In this document: one piece after another, positions 26,888 through 36,100 of the stretch
How the letters are laid out: every line of letters begins with the position of its first letter
How positions within the stretch are numbered: the stretch's first letter is position 1
Virus record (IMG/VR): IMGVR_UViG_3300028601_000030
Span: 15,601-79,600 of that record
Source of the DNA: a virus
Lineage: Duplodnaviria; Caudoviricetes
Reading direction: 5' to 3' (one strand)
Length of the DNA: 64,000 bases
Notes under the pieces: generated by a model
What the model was told of the DNA's origin: nothing
What the model saw: the letters and a program-made list of their open reading frames with translations, nothing else
The model's database searches: none
Translations under genes and position numbers: made by a program

Positions 26888-27697
26888 TTAATTCTCTGGA
26901 GGGAAGCCCTGATCTGACACTTGAAATACTCTAGCATGAACTAGGGCATTTAAAAAGCCTGTTTTTCTGTCGTCAAATACAGTCACAATGTGTGGTTCAT
27001 CTATACGTTGCACTAGTAAACGTTTAAATGCAGCTACTCCATAGCGATCAGTTATCATACTTGCGATATATTTGCCGTTGGTACTGTTGCGAATTTCTAC
27101 GCGCCTTTGCACATAAGTGCTATCAAGAACAGTTTTTATGGTCAGTTTGTGTGGATAGTCTGGAAATATGCCAGGTACAATTATTTCTTCTGGGCTATGC
27201 ATTTGTGTGTGTTCTGGCAGTCCTGTCACAGAAGTAGGTATTTCAGTGTAAACAGTGTCTGGTAATTTTCTCCAACGAATAGCAAAATCATACTCACCTG
27301 TTCCGTTTTGCACTCGCGCAGTTAATGTGTATGTTCCTGGAGCGAGTGTTATTTGTGTTCTTTCTGGGACACCATTATGGACGGAATAACACACCCCTGT
27401 TCCATCTAAGAACAAATCAATATAATCATCTGCATCTGCATCAAATTCATACGCGGCTTCTTCAGTTATGGTTAAAGTGTATTCAATGACCATAACTAAA
27501 TTAGTGGAGATATTTATTCCAAAACCAACATTTTGTCCGCTTGACCATTGACCGAACAAAGTATTAAATGGACGCCTACCAAGTTCAACCGTTCCCGCAT
27601 CTGATAAAACTGTGTCCATTTCAGACGGCAATTGAATATTGCGCCCTAAAGCAGTAATAGCAGTAGCTACATCGTATACGGTCATTGTCACAGACAT
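26888..27697 (-). CDS. Tail protein with PA14-like segment
   Basis: YEFDADADDYIDLFLDG..ITLAPGTYTL; ATG 27697 overlaps the upstream stop. Confidence 0.55.
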   Translation of the reverse strand: MSVTMTVYDVATAITALGRNIQLPSEMDTVLSDAGTVELGRRPFNTLFGQWSSGQNVGFGINISTNLVMVIEYTLTITEEAAYEFDADADDYIDLFLDGTGVCYSVHNGVPERTQITLAPGTYTLTARVQNGTGEYDFAIRWRKLPDTVYTEIPTSVTGLPEHTQMHSPEEIIVPGIFPDYPHKLTIKTVLDSTYVQRRVEIRNSTNGKYIASMITDRYGVAAFKRLLVQRIDEPHIVTVFDDRKTGFLNALVHARVFQVSDQGFPPEN

Positions 27698-28629
27698 TAC
27701 CAAGGTCCTGTTATGTCAAAGAAAACTACACCTTCATCATCAGATTCATTATCTGAATCATAGTGAACACACAAATAAGATTTGCCTGTTTCAGGGTCAA
27801 CATGTACATCCTGATGATTCATTGGTTTGTATGCGAGCGGTTGGTACATACCCCGCAATTTACCACGTACTAATTTTAAACCCTTTTCTGTAGCTGTGTC
27901 ACAAGCTACATAGCATGGAGAAAGATAAAAACCTAATCCGGTATTCGCGCTTTCTAGGCTAGAGAAATATCGCTCATTCCCCATTATGTGGGCTCCGCCA
28001 ACAGACACAATATGTCCATTAGGTGCAAATTCACCACTTGCAGAACGGTGAAACTCTAAACCATATGTACCAGCACCAACAGCATTTGTATAATGCAGGC
28101 CTAATGTTTCATCGTCATCTGGTAGAGAATTTGAGTCAGCATGTCCAGAAAAGAAACTGTTGTAAGGGTCATTGGGCATTATCGAATGAAATTCACCAAA
28201 ACCATGAATTATATTTCCATAGTATCCTTCCAAAATCACATAGCATGTTTTTTCGTCGGCAAGGACTATCCAGTTTGCAGAATCTACCGTGGTGTGTTGC
28301 TTGCCGAAATAATCTTCTCCCCATTGACCAATCATGTCTCCGTCAACAAGAGCTAAAGATTCCCCAGCGTACATATAAGCAACATCAGGATCGTCCATAT
28401 TATCATTGACTTGGTATACCTGACGAGCGTCACCAGTCAATGAGCGAAATGCAGCGTAGTTATTCGCTTCTTCGAATATTTCTTCCCAACCAGCACCAGC
28501 TATAGTTGTATCCCCAAGCGTCCAACCAGTGACAAGGCATTTACGCAATAGATCTGCCATCGAGCCGCGTTTACTGTTTGGATGTGCTGGGGCTCCAGTC
28601 AAACCAGAATGAAAATACTTGACTCCCAT
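27697..28629 (-). CDS. Tail tip protein
   Basis: HSGLTGAP...DLLRKCLVTG...GWE...RGKLRGMY...DITGPW. Confidence 0.7.
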   Translation of the reverse strand: MGVKYFHSGLTGAPAHPNSKRGSMADLLRKCLVTGWTLGDTTIAGAGWEEIFEEANNYAAFRSLTGDARQVYQVNDNMDDPDVAYMYAGESLALVDGDMIGQWGEDYFGKQHTTVDSANWIVLADEKTCYVILEGYYGNIIHGFGEFHSIMPNDPYNSFFSGHADSNSLPDDDETLGLHYTNAVGAGTYGLEFHRSASGEFAPNGHIVSVGGAHIMGNERYFSSLESANTGLGFYLSPCYVACDTATEKGLKLVRGKLRGMYQPLAYKPMNHQDVHVDPETGKSYLCVHYDSDNESDDEGVVFFDITGPW

Positions 28630-30719
28630 CAGTTCGCATCTCCTCGTATTTGCAGTACGAAGTTATCAGTAGGATTAGTAACTTCACCTTGCATTGTAGT
28701 TCTTGCAATCCAAACCGGATAGTTTGCTGCTGAAGTATCAAATCGGATGTTGTTTCCTGTTGCCCAACCAGAACCCCAACCATTAGGATCAATCGTAAAA
28801 TACGGAGCACCTGTAGCCGGATTTATTGGGGCTATTGGATTCGCAATGTTGTATTCTCCAATAATACCGAATGTTTCGCCAATAACTTGAATTGAGGAAG
28901 AACTGGTGAATTTCAAACACCATCTTTGATTCGCTGAACCTTCATTGGTGATAATAAACGGATAGTTTACTGTGTCATATTTTGCTGAAGTGCTGCTACC
29001 TGAAATAGAATCTCGCCACACACTATCCCATGTTTTCTGATGGAACAAACGTGTCACACGTCCAGCAAGGTCGCCAAGAATAAGTGCCGTAGAAAGCTGT
29101 GTGCCTGTCGCAGGGTAGTTGTGTGTTATTGGGCCTACGGAAGTCAAATACCCGTTGATTTGGGCTTCAGAAAGCAGGAGCATATCTTCTATTCGATGAT
29201 TCACCATCACATTCTCAGCATTGCCATTTGTATAACTATTCAATTGGGAACCATTTACTACAGTCAATGTTCCAGCAACAAGATCAATTGTGTAAATAGA
29301 ACGATCATCAGGAATGATATTTCCTTCATAATCATACACATCAGCAATGGATAATCTGTCTCTGCTCAAAGTTATTACTTGGCTGTCAGAAAATGGCCCA
29401 GTTCCAATTGCTTCTGATAGTGTATGATGAAGAACAACCACATCACCAGATTTAAAAATAGGTACCCGACCATCAGAAGGCAGTCTAATTGGTTCAATAC
29501 CAATAAGAGTAGAATCAAGTGGAAGAGTCCTTATACCTACGCAGTTATACATCGCAGTCTCAGGCATGAGACCAATAGGCTCCCAGATAACACCACCTTC
29601 TTGAATCATATCTACTGCGTACCAAGGTTCTTCTTCGTTGCCTTCTGCAAGTCGCCAACGTCCAATATCTAAGCGCACAACACCAGTTGTTGAATTGATA
29701 GTGCCCCGCATCGAAGGAAGATAACCAGACCCATCAAAAACTATTTTATCCTGATTATTTGCAAGTGCGGATAGTTGTGAGCCGTCGAGCATTGATCCAC
29801 GAACACTGAAAGAACCTGCAAGTAGCGGGGCAGAAGGAGTACGAAACACATACGAACTAGGAGGATTGCCTTGAAATCTAGCTAAACCACCAAGAATAGA
29901 AACCTTCGGACTTGTTATCTGGTCATATTGCCCAATAACGACCTCACCAGTTTTATAGTTTATGCTTCCCTTGTCCACACCAGCACCGGTTTCTGGGTCA
30001 AAATCGGTGACTACCCTGCCGTTACGATCATAATATATATCACTATCAAAAGAAAAAATTACACTGCCAGGAACCAGTTTTTGCGTTGAATGCGGGGTAA
30101 GGCTGAACTTTACTGGCAAAGAATTAAAATCTTTAGTCACTGTTCCTGCAATAAAATCACTATCATCTACGTATGTCGCAATCACTATATCCGGGTTAGG
30201 ATCTGTGCCTGATATTGTAGTAGATTGAGTAACCGTGGTGGTCGATTGCTCTTGTATATACGTTGGTTCATTGTTGTATGTAGCTGCAATCCCGCCTGCT
30301 GCATCTGTTTCTGGAGAAGAAGGCAACTGAGCCGGAGGTTTTTCTGTAGGTCCGCCAGACTCAAGCGCAAGGTACACGGATGCAGCCTTCTCCGCAATAT
30401 ATGCAGCCAATTCATCACTACCTGCTGCTAAATACCTGTCACGCAGTTCTATCAATCTATCATAATCCAGCTGTACTACATAATGGTCTACCTCTCTTCT
30501 TCTGCTCTCTTCCCACGCCGCCGATTCTTCTTCGGCAGTATTATATCCACACGTATAATAAGCAGATGCAAACCTGTGTATGAACACAAAACCATCTTGT
30601 TCAGGCCGCCCATCATCAACCTCTTGTTGTATATATCGACGATACTCGCCATTTACGTCATATCTAACCACTTCCATGTATTTTGGGTTTATTGGCGCAT
30701 ATCCGGGTGCTGCTGACAT
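28629..30719 (-). CDS. Large tail tip / baseplate protein (C-terminal part)
   Basis: LIGIEPIRLPSDGRVPIF, ITNEGS..QRW.L.FTSS, APINPATGAPYF, GWG.GW, LQIRGDAN. Confidence 0.75.
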   Translation of the reverse strand: MSAAPGYAPINPKYMEVVRYDVNGEYRRYIQQEVDDGRPEQDGFVFIHRFASAYYTCGYNTAEEESAAWEESRRREVDHYVVQLDYDRLIELRDRYLAAGSDELAAYIAEKAASVYLALESGGPTEKPPAQLPSSPETDAAGGIAATYNNEPTYIQEQSTTTVTQSTTISGTDPNPDIVIATYVDDSDFIAGTVTKDFNSLPVKFSLTPHSTQKLVPGSVIFSFDSDIYYDRNGRVVTDFDPETGAGVDKGSINYKTGEVVIGQYDQITSPKVSILGGLARFQGNPPSSYVFRTPSAPLLAGSFSVRGSMLDGSQLSALANNQDKIVFDGSGYLPSMRGTINSTTGVVRLDIGRWRLAEGNEEEPWYAVDMIQEGGVIWEPIGLMPETAMYNCVGIRTLPLDSTLIGIEPIRLPSDGRVPIFKSGDVVVLHHTLSEAIGTGPFSDSQVITLSRDRLSIADVYDYEGNIIPDDRSIYTIDLVAGTLTVVNGSQLNSYTNGNAENVMVNHRIEDMLLLSEAQINGYLTSVGPITHNYPATGTQLSTALILGDLAGRVTRLFHQKTWDSVWRDSISGSSTSAKYDTVNYPFIITNEGSANQRWCLKFTSSSSIQVIGETFGIIGEYNIANPIAPINPATGAPYFTIDPNGWGSGWATGNNIRFDTSAANYPVWIARTTMQGEVTNPTDNFVLQIRGDAN

Positions 30720-30731
30720 TATATTTCTCCT

Positions 30732-32717
30732 TTATGCGTTCGGGTTCCGAACCCAATCGGTGCTGATTTTGGTTTCCGTCCATGTTTGTTCATAATTATA
30801 TACGCCTGTCGGGTCTAGCGTGACCGCGCGTGTAACATAATCCACTACACCGACGGTTTCACCGGTGGATGTGTTGGTCAGCACCCCGTACATATCATCT
30901 CTGGCTTTCATTTTTACGAGGTTTTTGAGGCTGCCTTGCGGCCCGGCGGAAATCGTGCGTTCTACATACCATTCAATCTCTACACTGCCGGGGCGAATGC
31001 TTGTAGTTTCATCTCCCAGCGTGAAGCTGGTGACACTCGAAAAGGCTTCGTATTTGGTGGAGTTTTTCTCAGCTGATACGGTGAAAACAGTATCTGATGA
31101 TGGAAAAACGTTAGGCTCAAAGAGGATTATGCCGTTGGTATAAGCTATTGCCCCTGTGCCATCGCCAGCAAGTTCATATGTGGTAGTGGTATCGTCAGCC
31201 AGTAAATCGGTGCCCCATTCAACCGTGACGGTTCCCGGTTTTATGTCACCTTCGCCTAAATCCATCACGTATTCTATAGAGGTTGTGTCAGATGAAGGTG
31301 CAAGATCTTTCACATCATCGAACTTACCCCATTTGACGATAATTGAACTGCCGACGTCGGGCAAGGCGCCGAGGGTAAGAACCAGTGAGCCTGTCCAGTA
31401 ATCTATGGTACCGGAGCCGGTATTTTCTAAATCGGGAACTAGCTTGCCGTGACCATCGTCACGGATTCTGTACCACTTGCCTTGTGCCATGTAGTCTATA
31501 ATAAGGCTATTAGGTGCTGGGTATGGATCTATGAGTGATGGCACGTAATTGTAAGCGCGATTTGCCAGTTTAATATAAATTTCTTTAGTAACACTTGAGT
31601 TGGCTATTACCGCGCCGAGGTTTACGCTTATCTGTGCACTAAACGCCACAGTATCTGGTGGAGTAATACTTATCAAACCTTGTGCGTAGTCAACAAATCC
31701 AGAATATCCTCCATTTGTAGCATCTTCTCCAACTATCAAAGAGCCATTCAAATCGGAAAATTCTGCCATCGTTGTTCCAGATTTAACAATTTTTACGCTC
31801 ACTGTTCCTCTAGCAATAGCTCTAGGGCAATGCGCTGAAGTAAAAGTTCCAGAAGACATGGCAACGGTTGTCGAATACCGATGATGAAGATCCAAAATCA
31901 CTGAAGTATCCCCACCAACCATTTGGTCCACAAATGCAGTTTCTTGGCGCGACACAGGAACTAATTGGTTGTAGATACTATCTACTTGGACATGAAATTC
32001 ACCTTGATTCACTGTTTGTGTAACGTTTGAAACACCGTAATATTTTGCTGAATCTGTAACCACTGTTGCATGGATTCTGGAATCCGCTTTAGTTGCATAC
32101 GGGGTTGCTTCCAATCCAGGAAAATCATAAAGTAGTGCCGCGGAAAGTTCTACAGTTAGCCTAGAAACAGTAAAACTGCCATAGCTTGGCAAAACAAACT
32201 CAACCTCAGTTTGTGCAATATCAATTATTCGAACATATTGGTAATTACCGGTATTATAATTTTTTATAACAACCGTATCGTTAATTTCTGGAGCTTCCGT
32301 TCCAGGAGGGGCAAATAGGGCGACTGCTCTTTGTCCTTTAAGTTGATCATTAAGAGGGCGCCAAATCAATTCATGTGCTATGGACAAATAAGATTCTACT
32401 TTGTCCCGGGCATCTTGACGAATATCAGTAAAGTCCCTACGAGAAAACATGGTTACATAAACATTATCATCGTCAGGGGGGTCTGTAACAATGACATGGG
32501 CGCCGTAATACATGTCAGAATTTGCAGTTATTACTGCGGGAAATGCTTTCCGAAGAGAAACACGACCGTAGGTTCGATCTAGTCTGGAAATGTCAGAGAA
32601 CAGATTATTTAACTCACCAGAAACAACCTCTTGTCCGGTCATTGCTCCGCCGCCATCATAGAAATCTGTCAATCTCTCAGAGGCGAGCAGTTTTATATCC
32701 GTTTTTTTAATAGCCAT
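30732..32717 (-). CDS. Large tail tip / baseplate protein (N-terminal part)
   Basis: DIKLLASERLTD..DGGG..TG...GELNNLFSDISRLDRTYGRVSLRKAF. Confidence 0.75.
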   Translation of the reverse strand: MAIKKTDIKLLASERLTDFYDGGGAMTGQEVVSGELNNLFSDISRLDRTYGRVSLRKAFPAVITANSDMYYGAHVIVTDPPDDDNVYVTMFSRRDFTDIRQDARDKVESYLSIAHELIWRPLNDQLKGQRAVALFAPPGTEAPEINDTVVIKNYNTGNYQYVRIIDIAQTEVEFVLPSYGSFTVSRLTVELSAALLYDFPGLEATPYATKADSRIHATVVTDSAKYYGVSNVTQTVNQGEFHVQVDSIYNQLVPVSRQETAFVDQMVGGDTSVILDLHHRYSTTVAMSSGTFTSAHCPRAIARGTVSVKIVKSGTTMAEFSDLNGSLIVGEDATNGGYSGFVDYAQGLISITPPDTVAFSAQISVNLGAVIANSSVTKEIYIKLANRAYNYVPSLIDPYPAPNSLIIDYMAQGKWYRIRDDGHGKLVPDLENTGSGTIDYWTGSLVLTLGALPDVGSSIIVKWGKFDDVKDLAPSSDTTSIEYVMDLGEGDIKPGTVTVEWGTDLLADDTTTTYELAGDGTGAIAYTNGIILFEPNVFPSSDTVFTVSAEKNSTKYEAFSSVTSFTLGDETTSIRPGSVEIEWYVERTISAGPQGSLKNLVKMKARDDMYGVLTNTSTGETVGVVDYVTRAVTLDPTGVYNYEQTWTETKISTDWVRNPNA

Positions 32718-32720
32718 AAT

Positions 32721-33098
32721 TTACTCCAAAACCATTAAGTATAAAGACAAGGTGTAATAAAAATCAGCATCTGGATCACTATTGTCTGCAACAGGATTTG
32801 CGTTGTATCTATCACCAGTAAAAACAACATTAAAAGAACGCCCGTCATTTAAGACGAGCGTCATTTGTAAACCTGGTGTGTCCGCTTTGGCTTTCACCAA
32901 ATCTACGACTGATTTTTTAACGTAACCGAAAGTATCTCCGCCGATAAGTGTTATAAGTCTTCCTGTCAGCTGTGCGTCTTCTTGTACGGCAACTGCACCA
33001 TCAGACATTATATCAACTTGCTGGGCTACGGGAGTCCAAGCATATTCATCAATCCATAAAAGATCAGAGGTCAATGAAATTCCATCCAGTGTAATCAT
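32721..33098 (-). CDS. Distal tail / tail tip protein
   Basis: First gene after the tape measure; LLWIDEYAWTPVAQ..GRLITL. Confidence 0.65.
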   Translation of the reverse strand: MITLDGISLTSDLLWIDEYAWTPVAQQVDIMSDGAVAVQEDAQLTGRLITLIGGDTFGYVKKSVVDLVKAKADTPGLQMTLVLNDGRSFNVVFTGDRYNANPVADNSDPDADFYYTLSLYLMVLE

Positions 33099-33101
33099 CT
33101 G

Positions 33102-36100
33102 TTACCCCGCAAATCCCTGCTGTTTCTGCAACATGGCCATCAAATTTTTGGCGTCTTCTTCTGTGAAATTACCAACAACCTGTTGACCTCCAGACTGTAT
33201 ATTAACTGAAACACTGCGCCTTGTTCCTTCATCATTGCGTTTATTATCGGACAAAGCTTTTTCAATTCTATTGAGAACCTTTGTTAAAGCACCATCGTCT
33301 TTATCATAACGAACAACCTGTCCTCCTGTCGAGAAATTTGTTTTTGGCACAGGAGCGGATGCTGGAGCAGGTACAACCGAAGCTCCCTGCAACGCTGATT
33401 TTATTGCCTGTCCAGCGGCAGATAATGGTTCATTTATACCTTTCATAAACCCAGAACCAAAATTCTGTGTCCAAGACCTTGCAGATTCATTGCGTATGAA
33501 CCACTCACCAGGACGAGCAAGTACCGGAATAGAATCAATTGTGGATTCACCTGGTAATTGGCCGCCACGAGCCATCTTAGTTGTATTGTCCTTTTTTGTG
33601 CCAAATGGATCATACCAATTGTGACTAATTCCACCTTGAGTTGCGTCAGCTATAGACTTTAGTGCTTCGAGCATTTGCTGGTTAAATGATTCTACACCTT
33701 CCAAACGTTTTGCATTTTCGGCCTCAATCCACTCTAATGCTTTTTCGTGGGCAATTCTGGCACGTTCTTCTTCTTCTTCCGCCTGCTCAATCTTCATTTC
33801 ATTTAATTCTAAAAGATTGCCTTTTTCAATATCCAATCTATCTGTGATAGCTTGGGATTCAAGAGACAACATTTCTTGGACATCAAGAAGACCTTCCAAA
33901 CGCTCTTGTGCAAGCTCCCGTTCTTCTTGTTTCTGTGCATCAGTAAGTTCACCAGCAGCTTCCAAAAATTGTAAATGCTGCGCGTCTGCTAAACGTTGGG
34001 CAGAAATCTGTGCTTTTATTTCTGCACTTTCCTTTTTTATTTCTTCTAATCTTGAAGCATCTTCTGGAGCAAATCCATAATCTTCAATATTTTTGCCCGC
34101 TTCTTGTAGGCGTTCAATCTCACCTACAGCCGCGTTAATGGCGTCAGTATTCGCCTGCTCTTTCTCTAGTCGGGCGGCATTCTCTTTTTCTTGATTAAGG
34201 ATACGTTGCTGGTTGATTTGTTCCTGAACTGCTGATTTAGCTTTTTGTAAGTTTTGGAGGTCTTCTTGCCCCAAATACGTATATTCTTCTCGAATCTGAT
34301 TTAATTTGCGTTGGGCAGCTTCTACATCTGAGTAGTGAGAAATTTCCATTGAATCCAAAGCACGAATGTCTTTGGTATATTGCAATTTCTCTCTGATTGC
34401 ATTTGCAGCTTCTCTCCACTTATCAGCTAAATCCTTCCAAAGCGGAGCCCACGCAGCGGAGCCGCGAAGCATAGCATCCTTAAAACCCTGCGTCTTTTTC
34501 TGAGCTGCATCAAGTTTCAACGCCCACTGAGCAACTTCATCGCCAGCCAATGCGGCATTTTCGGCTATAGCCTCAATAAATAAGTTTCCTTGAGAACCTA
34601 AACTTGCGGCCTTTGCGCCAACTTCAACTAGCGCATTCCCAACCTCATTATATAAACCAGTAATAAAGTTTGCTGCGGCTGCTGCAACTCTTTCACGTTT
34701 ACTAGCAGCCTTTTCTTCCGCTTTACTTTCTTCCTCAATTTGCGCCAAACGTTCCTCATGTGCTTCTTTTGCGATCTGTTTGCGCTTTGCTGCTGCTTGT
34801 TCAGCCTGAATGTGATACTCAGCTTCCGCTTGGAGCATTTTCTCTTTAGCGGCTTTTATATCTTCAACACTTGCATTTTCGAGTGCGGATATCTCATTGT
34901 AATACGCTCGTGCTTGATTAAGGCGCATTTGAAGGTATTTGGTCTCAATCTCTAATTTCTCTTTTTCATATTCTTCTTTGGAAACGCTACCTTGAATATT
35001 GCGGGTTTCAAGTCGAGCAAGCTCCCGTTTTTCAGCGTTATCAATGATGGTCATTTCCAAATCATACGAGGCTTCAATGTCTTTGGTGCGCTGTTGTATC
35101 AGCTTCTTTTCTGTCGTATATATGGATTTTTTCTTATCTTCAATTTGAGCAACCAACTTCATAACAACGTCGGTATGGTCTCCTTCTAAAGCCATCTTGT
35201 CTCGCAAGTTGTCCTGGAGATCCGACAGTTCTCTACGGTATTGGGCTTGACGCCGTTCCAATATAGCTTCGCCAACTTCTTCTATATCAGTTACCGCTTC
35301 ATAGTTCAGCTCTTTTAACGCTTCTTTTTGGCGTTCTGCAATCTCACGTTCCTTGTCGGCGTATTCCTCTTCAATCTCAACCTTTCTTTGTAGGTGATTT
35401 TGAAGCAACTTCGCTTTCGCTAGCAGAGTTTGACGGTAAATTTCTGTATCTTGTCTACCGGTCTCTACAAGCGTATCCAAAGTCTCATTCAGATATTTTA
35501 AACGTTCTTGGTAAGCCTTGTTTTCTTCCGCAATAGCTTGTGCTTTGCCATCACCGAATATCTCAGCTATCTGTGCCTGTATTTCATATTCGTCCGCTTT
35601 TAATTCAATCAGTCTCTTTTCAACTTCGAGCAGGGCTTTTGTGGTGCGGATAACTTCTTGTTTAGTTTCCCGTACCTTTTCTTCCGCTTTATTTACTGCT
35701 TGAGTGGCAGACAGAAGTTCTTGCTCGGAAACTTTCCGCTTGGCCAAAGAAGCTAAATTAGCCTTTGCATTTTTTGCCTCAATTTCTGCGGTACGTAGAG
35801 CTACCGCAGCTTTTTCCTTGTCCACCTCGGCTTCTTCGATCTTGGTTGCTAAAGTCTCTTTGCGGGTCTTGAGGGAAGTCTTTTCCGCTTCCTGAGTTTC
35901 CCTCTCCCGCGCAATTATCTCTTTTAGCTGTGCAACGTATTCTCTAGTAGCGGGTAAGTTGTCTCCGAAGACTTCAGCAAAATCAAACGCTTCCCCAAGG
36001 TTTTCAATCTGCATGATTTGCAGGGCAATTTCCTTGAGCTTCGCATTGTACTTGGAAGTAGCTTCACCAAGATTTCTTCTGCGTTCTGCGGCGAGTTCTT

